A stretch of 64,000 bases of DNA. It comes from Mycobacteriales bacterium. GTDB lineage: Bacteria; Actinomycetota; Actinomycetes; Mycobacteriales; QHCD01. The notes beneath the pieces are model-generated. The model was not told the DNA's origin. It searched no databases and saw only the letters and a list, made by a program, of their open reading frames with translations. The stretch is taken from NCBI GenBank assembly GCA_036267955.1, contig DATAVB010000086.1, positions 817 through 64,816 on the forward strand. Direction: 5' to 3'. This document shows positions 44,313 to 58,440 of this stretch, piece by piece. The position numbers and the translations under genes are program-made. Positions within the stretch are counted from its first letter, which is position 1, and the number at the start of each line of letters is the position of its first letter.

Positions 44313-44943
44313 GCCGGCCGGTCACCGCGAGGCTGGCTCCGAGTCCGATCATGACCAGCCCGGTGGCGCCACCAATCGCGGCCATCCGGCGCGGCGAATC
44401 GGCGATCCAGGACCGCGCGACACCGGCGATCAGACTGAACGTCGTATCGGTGGCCAAGGCGATTGCGAAATAGATCAGACCGAGCAACAGCATCTGCAGC
44501 GGCACATTGCCGGCGGCGCGATCGACGAACTGCGGCAGAATGGCGGCAAAGAATATCGCGGATTTTGGATTGGTCGCACCGACCACGAAGCCCTCACGAA
44601 ATGCGCGCCGGCTGCCGCGGAATTCCGCTCGCCCGGTCAACACCGAGGACAGCGAGCGGCGTTGCCGGATCGTACGAATTCCCAGATACACCAGATATGC
44701 GGCGCCGATCAGTTTGACCGCGGTGAAGACGACCGCGGAGCGCTCAAGCACCGTCCCGATACCGACCGCGACCGCACCGACCAGTGCGTACTCGCCCAGC
44801 GCATTGCCCAGCACAGTCGCGACCGCCCCGCGCCGGCCGTGTACGAGGGCCCGGCTCACCACGAACAGGACGCTCGGTCCCGGCGCCACGATGAGCACGG
44901 CGGCGAGCAGCACAAAAGCCAGCAGCCGATCTGGATTGACCAT
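44305..44943 (-). CDS. LysE/RhtB family amino-acid exporter
   Basis: The start MVNPDRLLAFVLLAAVLIVAPGPSVLFVVSRAL is typical of LysE-family N-termini. There are 5-6 TM helices. Confidence 0.85.
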   Translation of the reverse strand: MVNPDRLLAFVLLAAVLIVAPGPSVLFVVSRALVHGRRGAVATVLGNALGEYALVGAVAVGIGTVLERSAVVFTAVKLIGAAYLVYLGIRTIRQRRSLSSVLTGRAEFRGSRRAFREGFVVGATNPKSAIFFAAILPQFVDRAAGNVPLQMLLLGLIYFAIALATDTTFSLIAGVARSWIADSPRRMAAIGGATGLVMIGLGASLAVTGRHD

Positions 44944-45000
44944 GAAAGCGATCGTACCGGCAGGTTATGGTCGGCGGACCGGACGGCGAGAGGGAGCGGC

Positions 45001-45597
45001 GTGGTCGAGGAATGGGTCGATGCGGATTTCAGCGGCGTTGACTGGTACGGCGAGGAGCGGTCCGCCGGCCGTTATGTGCGGTGCCGCTTTCTCGGCGCCG
45101 ATCTCACCGAGACGCAGACCCGCGGGGTGGTCTTCGAGGAATGCGATTTCGGGAATGCCAAGCTGAATTCCTCGGTGCACGACGAGTCGATCTTCCTGAA
45201 TTGCCGCTTCGAGCGGACCAGCTTCTTCGACGCGACGCTGACCGCGTGCAAGGTGGCCGGCAGCGAATTCATCACCGCGCAGTTGCGGCCGCTGCGGGTC
45301 GAGGGTGGCGACTGGTCGTACGTCAGTCTGCGGTTGGCTGACCTTGCCGGCGTGACCCTGCGCGACGTCCGACTGGTGGAGGCCGATTTCACCGGCGCCA
45401 AGCTGCACGGCGCCGATCTGTCCGGCGCTGATCTGTCCCGGGCCCTGTTCGCCGAGGCCGACATCACCGGGGCCGACCTGCGCCGCGCCACTCTGGATCA
45501 TGTGGACACCGCCGGCCTCGACATCTCGGGCGTCAAGATCGGGATCGCGCAGGCCGCCGCACTGGCCCAGCACCGGGGCGCCGTCGTCGACGGCTGA
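45001..45597 (+). CDS. Pentapeptide-repeat protein (MfpA/Qnr-like)
   Basis: A GTG start follows the RBS GAGAGGGAG. There are consecutive A(D/N)LXX pentapeptides, such as ADLTETQTRGVVFEECDFGNAKLNSS and ADFTGAKLHGADLSGADLSRALFAEADITGADLRRA. Confidence 0.85.
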   Translation: MVEEWVDADFSGVDWYGEERSAGRYVRCRFLGADLTETQTRGVVFEECDFGNAKLNSSVHDESIFLNCRFERTSFFDATLTACKVAGSEFITAQLRPLRVEGGDWSYVSLRLADLAGVTLRDVRLVEADFTGAKLHGADLSGADLSRALFAEADITGADLRRATLDHVDTAGLDISGVKIGIAQAAALAQHRGAVVDG

Positions 45598-45618
45598 TCG
45601 ATCAGTCAGCCGGCGCGG

Positions 45619-47148
45619 TCAGGCCGGCCCGCTCCGGGCACCCACCTGCTGGGCCAGCCCCTCGACCGCCTCCCGTGGAGTGAACGATTCGCCGGGGACA
45701 CCGGTGTGCTCCTCGGCCATCCAGAAGGGCTGCTCGAGGTAGGCCCGCACCGCCGCGGCCTCGGCGAGCACCCGACGACAGCCGGCCGCCACTTCTCGAT
45801 GCGCCGCGTCGGCGTGCTCGAGCACGGCCGAGCGGGACGCCCGCAGGTCGATCGCGGGATACCGGTGCGCGGCGAGTTCTTCCAGGCTGGTGATCGTGAC
45901 CGCGCCGGCCCCCGCCCAGTCCGGCACCGGGTCGGCCTCGGGATGATGCGGCGCCACCCGTACGCCGGTGACCGATCCACCGGCCGTCGTCACGCCGACC
46001 CGGCCGTCGAAGGTGGTCTCGCCGACCCGTTCGGCGACGACCCGGTCCACCGCCAGCAGCACCTGAGCTCCGGCCGCCGCCAGGGTCGAGGCGCACCGGG
46101 CCGCGTAGTCCAGGGCTGCCGCGGCCCGCGCGGTCGGCGCCTGCACGATCAGGGTGGCCTCCGGTCGGGCCTCGGCGTCCAACAGCCGCGGCAGCCCTGG
46201 CCACGAGTGATCGGCGGCCGACTCGGTGGCGGCCACCGCGATCAGCGCGGCCGGGCCGACGCCGATCAGGTTGTGGATGACCTCGCCGAGGATCACCAGA
46301 TGCCCGGTGCCCACCGGACCGAGGAAGTCGACGGTGCCGCCGCGCGGCCACGGTGCGACAGCGTCCAGGGCCTTGATCCCGGTGCCGAGCACGGCTCCGG
46401 GCGGCGGTGCCGACAATGCGACGCCGGCCGGGGGCGGCGGTGCCGAGGCGGGGTCGACGGTTGTGCCGAACAGCGCCATAACCCTGGTCGCTGCTGTGTC
46501 ATGAGCCGTGTTGTCGGTTGTCGCGTCGGACATGGTCTGCTCCCTGGGTCGGGTCGGTTGTCTGGGTTGGGTGGTCGTGGATGGAGGCCGATCGGTGCTG
46601 TCGGCGAGGAGCGGACGCAGCCGCCCGCGGGCGTCGTACAACCGCTTCCGGACCGCGCCCCGGCTGATGCCGAGCAGCTCGGCCAACTCGGCATCGCTCC
46701 ACTCGCCGTAGTAGCGCAGTCCCAGCAGGACCCGGTCGGCGTCCCGGGTCAGCTGCAGCGCCCGACGAACCCGGTCGACCTGGTCGCCCCGTTCGGCGGC
46801 CTGTGCCGGATCGGGTCCTCCGGAGCTGGTCGCCGGATCGACCAGAGCAGGGTCGAGGTCGATGACGAGGTCGAGCAGCATGGTCGGTCGGGTCCGCCGA
46901 CGATGCCGGTCGGCGTGCTTGCGCACCACCAGGGCCAGCCAGCGTGGATACGCCACCGGCTCGCGCAGCGTCCCGATCGACCCGAACACCTCGACCAGCG
47001 CGTCCTGCACGACGTCGTCCACGGCGTGCCGGTCATCGACCAGCCGGCCGGCGATCCTGCGGGCCGGCTCGGCGGAGGCCGCGAGCAGGCGGTCCCGGGC
47101 ACTCGGGTCCCCGCCCGCCGCCGCGGCCGCCAACTGCTCCAGCTCCAT
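45619..47148 (-). CDS. ECF sigma factor fused to a degenerate F1-ATPase beta-subunit-like domain
   Basis: Sigma region 2 reads [38 protein letters not shown]. Region 4 reads [36 protein letters not shown]. A Pro/Thr linker follows. The beta-like landmarks are [49 protein letters not shown] and [19 protein letters not shown]. The reading frame is open throughout. Confidence 0.75.
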   Translation of the reverse strand: [509 protein letters not shown]

Positions 47149-47183
47149 GTGCACCACACCAGTCAAGGCCCATTGGGCGGGCA

Positions 47184-47822
47184 ATGCGTTACGCCCTGGG
47201 CTCCGGGTCGTTGAACGCAGGCGTGGGACATCCGAGTGCAACCGACGCCGAGACCGAGAGTGGCGCCACGATCGACACAACAGCCGACACCGCCGAGGAC
47301 CAAGCTACCGAGGTCGCCGCTGACGACGGGACGCCGCGGCGGCCCCGCTTCGCGGCACTGACCTGGCTGCTGCCGGCGCTGACCGTGGTCGCTCTCCTGG
47401 TGGCCGGTGTCGTGGGCGGGCTGTACTACCGCCAGCACGGCAGGGACGCGGCCCGCAATGCGGCGGTGACCGCCGCCCGCCAGGTCCTCATCAACGCGTA
47501 CTCGGTGGACTACCGCTCGGTGACCAAGGATTACCAGCGCTTCGTCGACGGCACGTCGGGTGACCTGCACAGCCAACTGACCGACGGCAGGTCGAAGTTC
47601 ATCCAGACGGTGCAGACGACGCACACCCACGAGACCGCGCAGATCGTCGACGCCGGAGTGGTCCGTTCCGACAGCAACTCGGCCACCATCGCGATCGCGC
47701 TCAACAGCCCGCTGACCACCACCTCCATCAGCAAACCGCAGACCCGCTCCTACCGGACCGAGGTCGACGTGGCGCTGGTACACGGCACCTGGCTGGCGAC
47801 CGCGATCCGGCAGGCGGACTAG
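47184..47822 (+). CDS. Mce-associated membrane protein (Mas-like)
   Basis: An acidic N-terminus, a single TM (ALTWLLPALTVVALLVAGVVGGLYY) and an NTF2-like C-terminal domain match the usual Mas pattern. The start is uncertain (ATG 47184 or GTG 47223). Confidence 0.7.
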   Translation: MRYALGSGSLNAGVGHPSATDAETESGATIDTTADTAEDQATEVAADDGTPRRPRFAALTWLLPALTVVALLVAGVVGGLYYRQHGRDAARNAAVTAARQVLINAYSVDYRSVTKDYQRFVDGTSGDLHSQLTDGRSKFIQTVQTTHTHETAQIVDAGVVRSDSNSATIAIALNSPLTTTSISKPQTRSYRTEVDVALVHGTWLATAIRQAD

Positions 47823-47824
47823 AC

Positions 47825-48640
47825 GTGGCCACCAGAGACACGGCGGCAGAGGAGAACGAGCAGACGCCCCGGCGTCGGCCCACGCCGCGGCCGTCGGTCG
47901 CGCCTGGCGGCGGTCGGCCGCGGGTTGCCGGCCAGCGGAACCGGACCCGCCCGGCGGCCGATGAGGCGGCGGTCGGCGAGGCGCCGGTCGACGAAACTGG
48001 CGACGCAGCTGGCGACATAGCTGACGACGCAGCTGACGACATAGCCGGCGACGAAGCCGGCGACGCAGCGCGCAATGAAGCGGGCGATGCGGCGACATCG
48101 GCCGAGCGGACCCACCGGGCCATACGCCTGCCACGAATGCGGCTGCCGCGCCCGCGGTCCGGATCCCGCCGGACGTGGCTGAGCGTTTCTGCCGTACTAC
48201 TGGTCGTCTTCGCGGTGACCGCGGCAGTGCTCGGGCTGCGGCTCTACGACGGCCGGGCCAGTGACGCCAACTCGGCGGACGTGCTGCGGATCGTTCCGCG
48301 CTATGCCAGCCAGGTGCTGTCGTTCGACTATCGGCACCTCGACACCAATGCCGCCGCCGCGCGGCCGCTGCTGTCCGGCTCGTACCGCAAGGACTACGAC
48401 CAGAGCATGACCTCGCATGCGGCGGCCTGGAAGAAGTACCACTACGTGGTGAAGTCCAGCATCGCCTCGGCCGGTGTCTCGCAGGCGTCGGGTTCGCAGG
48501 TCGTGGTGGTGGCGTTCGTGGATCAGTCCGTGTCGGCCGGTACGACCAAGATCGGTACGGCCAAGGACCTGATTCGACTCCGGCTCACCCTGCAGCGCCA
48601 GCACGGCAGTTGGCTCCTCATCAAGCTCGGCTCGCTCTGA
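47825..48640 (+). CDS. Mce-associated membrane protein (Mas-like), second copy
   Basis: A disordered basic/acidic N-terminus, a TM (VSAVLLVVFAVTAAVLGLRLY) and a C-terminal domain (RIVPRYASQVLSFDYRHLD...) are present. Confidence 0.7.
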   Translation: MATRDTAAEENEQTPRRRPTPRPSVAPGGGRPRVAGQRNRTRPAADEAAVGEAPVDETGDAAGDIADDAADDIAGDEAGDAARNEAGDAATSAERTHRAIRLPRMRLPRPRSGSRRTWLSVSAVLLVVFAVTAAVLGLRLYDGRASDANSADVLRIVPRYASQVLSFDYRHLDTNAAAARPLLSGSYRKDYDQSMTSHAAAWKKYHYVVKSSIASAGVSQASGSQVVVVAFVDQSVSAGTTKIGTAKDLIRLRLTLQRQHGSWLLIKLGSL

Positions 48641-49021
48641 CACGGAGCGTCACCATCGGGTCGGCCGACGCCCGAGCCGGGAGATCGCCGGGCACGGCGC
48701 GTCGAAAGCACGCCACAGTGCTTGACGCGGGGCCCTCGGAGAGTCAGGCTGGGCGCACGGTGATGACATCTGAAAGCCTGCGCACCGACTGCGGCCGGTC
48801 CGGCATGGGCCCGATTCGACAGCAGTCGTAGCTGCGTCTACACTGCTGGTTTGCGCTGCCCTTCTTTCCGCCGTCCACTGATTGTGATGCCGATTGTGCG
48901 TCGCTGTCCTTCAGTTGACAGCGGTGGTTCCGGCTGCGCTAGAACTCTCTCGGCGCTCGCGCGACGGTGCTGATAGCAGCTCAGCAGTGCTCGACCGTGC
49001 AGGTCCTCGGAAGGACGCATC

Positions 49022-52000
49022 TTGGCAGTCTCCCGCTCCGGCCAGACAATCGTGCAAAACAAGCCCAGCATTCCCGGCGCACCACCCCGGCTCTCGTTCG
49101 CGAAGATCGCGGAGCCCCTCGAAGTCCCCAACCTCCTCGCTGTGCAGACCAGCTCCTTCGGCTGGCTGATCGGCAGCGACCGCTGGCGTGAGCAGGCGGC
49201 GGACGGGGCTACGAGCGGCCTGGAGGACATCCTCGGCGAGATCTCGCCTATCGAGGACTTCTCCGGCTCGATGTCCCTGTCGTTCTCCAATCCCCGGTTC
49301 GAAGATGTCAAGGCGCCGGAGGAGGAGTGCAAGGACAAGGACATGACGTTCTCGGCTCCGTTGTTCGTCACGGCCGAGTTCATGAACAACTCCACCGGCG
49401 AGATCAAGAGCCAGACCGTCTTCATGGGTGACTTCCCGATGATGACGGTCAAGGGCACCTTCATCATCAACGGCACCGAGCGTGTCGTGGTGTCCCAGCT
49501 CGTCCGCTCTCCCGGCGTGTACTTCGACCGGACGCTGGACAAGACGTCCGACCGGGAGATCTACAGCTGCAAGGTCATTCCGAGCCGCGGCGCGTGGCTG
49601 GAGTTCGACGTCGACAAGCGCGACACCGTCGGCGTCCGGATCGACCGCAAGCGCCGCCAGCCGGTCACCGTGCTGCTCAAGGCCCTCGGCTGGACCGAGG
49701 AGCGTATCCGGGAGCGGTTCGCCTCCTCGCCGACGCTGATCGGCACCCTGGAGAAGGACCACATCACCACCCAGGACGAGGCGCTGCTCGACATCTACCG
49801 CAAGCTGCGGCCGGGCGAGCCGCCGACGCGGGAGAGCGCCCAGACCCTGCTGGACAACCTCTTCTTCAACCCGAAGCGGTACGACCTGGCCAAGGTCGGT
49901 CGCTACAAGGTGAACAAGAAGCTCCTTCTCGACCTGCCCACCACTCAGGGTGTGCTGACCGAGGACGACATCGTCGCCACCATCGAGTACGTCGTGAAGC
50001 TGCACGACGGCGAGACCAGTGACGGTGACCAGCTGTACGAGGTCGACGACATCGACCACTTCGGCAACCGGCGGCTGCGTACGGTCGGCGAGCTGATCCA
50101 GAACCAGATCCGGGTCGGCCTGTCCCGCATGGAGCGCGTCGTCCGCGAGCGGATGACGACCCAGGACGTCGAGGCGATCACTCCGCAGACCCTGATCAAC
50201 ATCCGCCCTGTGGTGGCGTCGATCAAGGAGTTCTTCGGCACCAGCCAGCTGTCCCAGTTCATGGACCACACCAACCCGCTCGCGGGCCTGACGCACCGTC
50301 GTCGGCTGTCCGCGCTGGGTCCGGGTGGTCTGTCCCGGGAGCGGGCCGGCATGGAGGTCCGCGACGTGCACCCCAGCCACTACGGCCGGATGTGCCCGAT
50401 CGAGACCCCGGAAGGTCCGAACATCGGCCTCATCGGCGCGCTGTCGACCTTCGCCCGGGTCAACCCGTTCGGCTTCATCGAGACTCCGTACCGGAAGGTC
50501 GAGGACGGTCGGGTCACCGACCACGTCGACTACCTGACGGCCGATGAAGAGGACCGGTTCGTCAAGGCGCAGGCCAACACGCCGATCGACGGTGACGGCA
50601 ACTTCATCGAAGACCGCGTGCTGGTCCGCCGCAAGGGCGGCGAGACCGACCTCGCCACCCGCGACGACGTGGACTACATGGACGTCTCGCCGCGGCAGAT
50701 GATCTCGGTAGCCACCGCGATGATTCCGTTCCTGGAGCACGACGACGCCTCGCGTGCCCTGATGGGCGCCAACATGCAGCGGCAGGCTGTTCCGCTGCTG
50801 CGCAGCGAGTCGCCGCTGGTCGGCACCGGCATGGAGTTGCGGGCCGCGGTCGACGCCGGCGACGTCATCGTCGCCGCCAAGGCCGGTGTGGTCGAGGAGC
50901 TGTCCGCCGACTACGTCACGGTCATGGCCGACGACGGCACCCGGCAGACCTACCGGCTGCACAAGTTCCGCCGGTCCAACCAGGGCACCTGCATCAACCA
51001 GCGTCCGATCGTGGACGAGGGTGACCGGGTCGAGGTCGGCCAGGTCGTCGCCGACGGTCCCTGCACCGACACCGGTGAGATGGCGCTCGGCAAGAACCTG
51101 CTCGTGGCGTTCATGCCGTGGGAGGGCCACAACTACGAAGACGCGATCATCCTGTCCCAGCGAGTGGTCCAGGACGACGTCCTCACCTCGATCCACGTCG
51201 AGGAGTACGAGGTCGACGCCCGGGACACCAAGCTTGGGCCGGAGGAGATCACCCGGGACATCCCGAACGTCTCCGAAGAGGTGCTCGCCGACCTCGACGA
51301 GCGCGGCATCATCCGGATCGGCGCCGACGTCTCCACCGGCGACATCCTGGTCGGCAAGGTCACCCCGAAGGGTGAGACCGAGCTGACCCCGGAGGAGCGC
51401 CTGCTGCGGGCGATCTTCGGTGAGAAGGCCCGTGAGGTACGGGACACCTCGCTGAAGGTGCCGCACGGTGAGGGCGGAAAGGTCATCGGCGTCCGGCTGT
51501 TCAGCCGCGACGACGGTGACGAGCTGCCCCCCGGCGTCAACGAGCTGGTCCGGGTCTACGTCGCCCAGCGCCGCAAGGTGCAGGACGGCGACAAGCTCGC
51601 CGGCCGGCACGGCAACAAGGGCGTCATCGGCAAGATCCTCCCGGTGGAGGACATGCCGTTCCTGCCCGACGGCACCCCGGTCGACATCGTGCTCAACCCG
51701 CACGGCGTCCCGCGCCGGATGAACATCGGCCAGATCCTGGAGATCCACCTGGGCTGGCTGGCATCCCGCGGTTGGAAGATCGAGGGCAACCCGGACTGGG
51801 CCGAGCTGCTCCCCGAGGAGCTGTACGAGGCCGAGCCGGGCAGCAACACCGCCACGCCGGTCTTCGACGGCGCCCGGGAGACCGAGATCATCGGTCTGCT
51901 GCATTCGAGCCTGCCCAACCGGGACGGCGAGCGGATGGTCGGCGGAGACGGCAAGGCGCAGCTCATGGACGGGCGTAGCGGCGAGCCGTTCCCGTACCCG

Positions 52001-52468
52001 GTGGCCGTCGGCTACATGTACATCATCAAGCTGGACCACCTGGTCGACGACAAGATCCACGCTCGCGCCACCGGTCCGTACTCGATGATCACGCAGCAGC
52101 CGCTCGGCGGTAAGGCTCAGTTCGGTGGTCAGCGCTTCGGCGAGATGGAGTGCTGGGCGATGCAGGCGTACGGCGCCGCATACACCCTGCAGGAGCTGCT
52201 CACGATCAAGTCCGACGACGTGGTGGGCCGGGTCAAGGTCTACGAGGCGATCGTCAAGGGCGAGAACATTCCTGAGCCGGGCATCCCCGAATCCTTCAAG
52301 GTGCTGCTCAAAGAGCTGCAGTCGCTCTGCCTGAATGTGGAGGTGCTCTCCAGTGACGGTGTGTCCATCGAGATGAAGGACAGCGACGAGGACGTCTTCC
52401 GCGCGGCGGAGGAGCTCGGGATCGACCTGTCCCGGCGAGAGCCGAGCAGCGTCGACGTCGACGGCTGA
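49022..52468 (+). CDS. rpoB: DNA-directed RNA polymerase beta subunit
   Basis: A TTG start follows the RBS GGAAGGA. The sequences [28 protein letters not shown] and [38 protein letters not shown] (rifampicin cluster) are present. Confidence 0.98.
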   Translation: MAVSRSGQTIVQNKPSIPGAPPRLSFAKIAEPLEVPNLLAVQTSSFGWLIGSDRWREQAADGATSGLEDILGEISPIEDFSGSMSLSFSNPRFEDVKAPEEECKDKDMTFSAPLFVTAEFMNNSTGEIKSQTVFMGDFPMMTVKGTFIINGTERVVVSQLVRSPGVYFDRTLDKTSDREIYSCKVIPSRGAWLEFDVDKRDTVGVRIDRKRRQPVTVLLKALGWTEERIRERFASSPTLIGTLEKDHITTQDEALLDIYRKLRPGEPPTRESAQTLLDNLFFNPKRYDLAKVGRYKVNKKLLLDLPTTQGVLTEDDIVATIEYVVKLHDGETSDGDQLYEVDDIDHFGNRRLRTVGELIQNQIRVGLSRMERVVRERMTTQDVEAITPQTLINIRPVVASIKEFFGTSQLSQFMDHTNPLAGLTHRRRLSALGPGGLSRERAGMEVRDVHPSHYGRMCPIETPEGPNIGLIGALSTFARVNPFGFIETPYRKVEDGRVTDHVDYLTADEEDRFVKAQANTPIDGDGNFIEDRVLVRRKGGETDLATRDDVDYMDVSPRQMISVATAMIPFLEHDDASRALMGANMQRQAVPLLRSESPLVGTGMELRAAVDAGDVIVAAKAGVVEELSADYVTVMADDGTRQTYRLHKFRRSNQGTCINQRPIVDEGDRVEVGQVVADGPCTDTGEMALGKNLLVAFMPWEGHNYEDAIILSQRVVQDDVLTSIHVEEYEVDARDTKLGPEEITRDIPNVSEEVLADLDERGIIRIGADVSTGDILVGKVTPKGETELTPEERLLRAIFGEKAREVRDTSLKVPHGEGGKVIGVRLFSRDDGDELPPGVNELVRVYVAQRRKVQDGDKLAGRHGNKGVIGKILPVEDMPFLPDGTPVDIVLNPHGVPRRMNIGQILEIHLGWLASRGWKIEGNPDWAELLPEELYEAEPGSNTATPVFDGARETEIIGLLHSSLPNRDGERMVGGDGKAQLMDGRSGEPFPYPVAVGYMYIIKLDHLVDDKIHARATGPYSMITQQPLGGKAQFGGQRFGEMECWAMQAYGAAYTLQELLTIKSDDVVGRVKVYEAIVKGENIPEPGIPESFKVLLKELQSLCLNVEVLSSDGVSIEMKDSDEDVFRAAEELGIDLSRREPSSVDVDG

Positions 52469-52477
52469 TCGACCGAG

Positions 52478-52503
52478 GGCGGTGCGGGGCGACCCGCACC
52501 GCC
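52478..52503 (+). other. GC-rich hairpin in the rpoB-rpoC intergenic region
   Basis: An 11-bp stem ggcggtgcggg/cccgcaccgcc has a gcga loop and no U-tract. It may be an RNA processing or attenuation structure. Confidence 0.3.
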
Positions 52504-52597
52504 ACCGGTCGGCGTGAACAAAACTCCATGCCGGGTCACTGCGAATCAGCAGTGCGAGACAAGACCCGGTTGACCCGTGAAGAGGGATGAGAAAATA

Positions 52598-56521
<3,924 letters not shown>

Positions 56522-56536
56522 TTCGTCAGGCGACAC

Positions 56537-56568
56537 AGGGCCGGGCACCGTTATCGGTGCCCGGCCCT
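56537..56568 (+). terminator. Intrinsic terminator after rpoC
   Basis: A 13-bp perfect stem agggccgggcacc/ggtgcccggccct has a 6-nt loop. Confidence 0.7.
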
Positions 56569-56633
56569 CTCGCGTCTGCGGTTCGGCCCGGGGGTTCGGT
56601 CCGACCGTGCGGAGGCTCCCTAGACTCGGGCGG

Positions 56634-57224
56634 GTGTCGCACTACTTCGACGAGTCGCCGGCGTCCCGCCACCGCGAGGGTTGGGTCGAGCTGACCGTCG
56701 CGGACCGCGAGCTCCGGCTCGCCACGGACAGCGGTGTCTTCTCCGCCGGGCAGCTCGACCCGGGTACCGCCGTACTGCTGGACAGCGTGCCGCTGCCGCC
56801 TGCTTCCGGGGACCTGCTCGATCTCGGCTGCGGCTACGGTCCGATCGCCCTCACACTCGCGCTGAGGGCGCCGCACGCCACTGTGTGGGCGGTCGACGTG
56901 AACGAACGGGCCCGAGAACTCACCCAGGCCAACGCCGCCGCGGCCGGGTTGACCAACCTCAGGGTGGCGCACCCCGACGAGGTGCCGGCCGACCTGCGAT
57001 TCGCCGAGCTCTGGTCCAACCCGCCGATCCGGATCGGCAAGGCGGCGCTGCACGACCTGCTGCTGAGGTGGCTGCCCCGGGTGGACGGCGCGAGCTTCCT
57101 GGTCGTGCAGAAGCATCTCGGCTCCGACTCGCTGCAACGGTGGTTGACCGAGCAGGGCCTGCCGACGGAGAAAGTACGGTCCCGTAAGGCTTTCCGGGTT
57201 TTGTGCGCGCGTCGTCCCGGCTGA
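56634..57224 (+). CDS. Class I SAM-dependent methyltransferase (RsmC/RlmG-like MTS domain)
   Basis: The GTG start gives VSHYFDE. The sequences [30 protein letters not shown] (motif I) and WSNPPIRIG (NPPx motif) are present. Confidence 0.8.
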   Translation: MSHYFDESPASRHREGWVELTVADRELRLATDSGVFSAGQLDPGTAVLLDSVPLPPASGDLLDLGCGYGPIALTLALRAPHATVWAVDVNERARELTQANAAAAGLTNLRVAHPDEVPADLRFAELWSNPPIRIGKAALHDLLLRWLPRVDGASFLVVQKHLGSDSLQRWLTEQGLPTEKVRSRKAFRVLCARRPG

Positions 57225-57559
57225 CTGTCGGAGCCGCGAGGTACGATCAAAAGGATCCCGCGGCGGCCTGTGGCAGACCTTTCCCCAGGCCGGTCTCGGT
57301 CGGGAATTCCTGGCGTGCCCACCCCGTTTTGACCCTGACCGCCGCGTCGCGTAACCTTGCCACTCGTGCTCGAGGAGACTCGAGCCGACTGCGCATGCGG
57401 CTCACGCCGTTGACGTGTGAGCCCGCCGGTCCACACCCGCTCGATCAACTTGGGCGGCGGAACGTGGGCCAGGCGACACGCCCGACCGCGGGGGTCGGTA
57501 GGGCGGGCGCACCAGCGGTGCCACCAGTACGAGTCGGAATAGGGAGACGCGAGGCCTTC

Positions 57560-57933
<374 letters not shown>

Positions 57934-57934
<1 letters not shown>

Positions 57935-58404
57935 TGCCCCGCAAGGGTCCCGCGCCTCGGCGCCCCGTCGTCATCGATCCGGTCTACGGTTCACCGCTGG
58001 TGACCAGCCTGATCAACAAGGTTCTGCTGTCCGGCAAGCGGTCCACCGCCGAGCGGATCGTCTACGGCGCCCTGGAGGGTGCCCGCGACAAGTCCGGCAC
58101 CGACCCGGTTGTGACGCTCAAGCGCGCGCTCGACAATGTGAAGCCGACGCTGGAGGTGCGCAGCCGCCGGGTCGGTGGCGCCACCTACCAGGTGCCGGTC
58201 GAGGTCCGTCCGCAGCGCAGCACCACGCTGGCACTGCGTTGGCTGATCACCTACAGCCGGGCGCGCCGGGAGAAGACGATGACCGAGCGGCTGATGAACG
58301 AGCTGCTCGACGCGAGCAACGGCCTCGGTGCCAGCGTCAAGCGACGTGAGGACACCCACAAGATGGCCGAATCGAACAAGGCTTTCGCGCACTACCGCTG
58401 GTAG
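57934..58404 (+). CDS. rpsG: 30S ribosomal protein S7
   Basis: The sequence begins [44 protein letters not shown]. There is a TAATG overlap with rpsL. Confidence 0.97.
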
Positions 58405-58440
58405 TGCCCCCGCAACAACGAGATGTGAGAGAAGAGAGCA

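Noticed and set aside
44107-45597. 496-aa plus-strand ORF
   Set aside because: Only the last 198 codons, from the GTG at 45001 with a good RBS, encode the pentapeptide-repeat protein. The upstream part is antisense to the LysE exporter gene.
40219-47160. Accessory block as an integrated mobile element or prophage remnant
   Set aside because: I saw no integrase, transposase, recombinase, flanking direct repeats or tRNA attachment site. The GC content and codon style look native.
48815-48844. Candidate rpoB promoter (TTCGAC-18nt-TACACT)
   Set aside because: The hexamers fit loosely, but several equally weak matches exist in the 380-nt leader. The support is too weak to report as a feature without TSS data.
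48911-52060. 1049-aa ORF on the minus strand
   Set aside because: It is entirely antisense to rpoB, whose identity is unambiguous. Long antisense ORFs are expected in ~70% GC DNA because stop codons are rare. The product is Arg/Gly/Val/Asp-rich and low in complexity.
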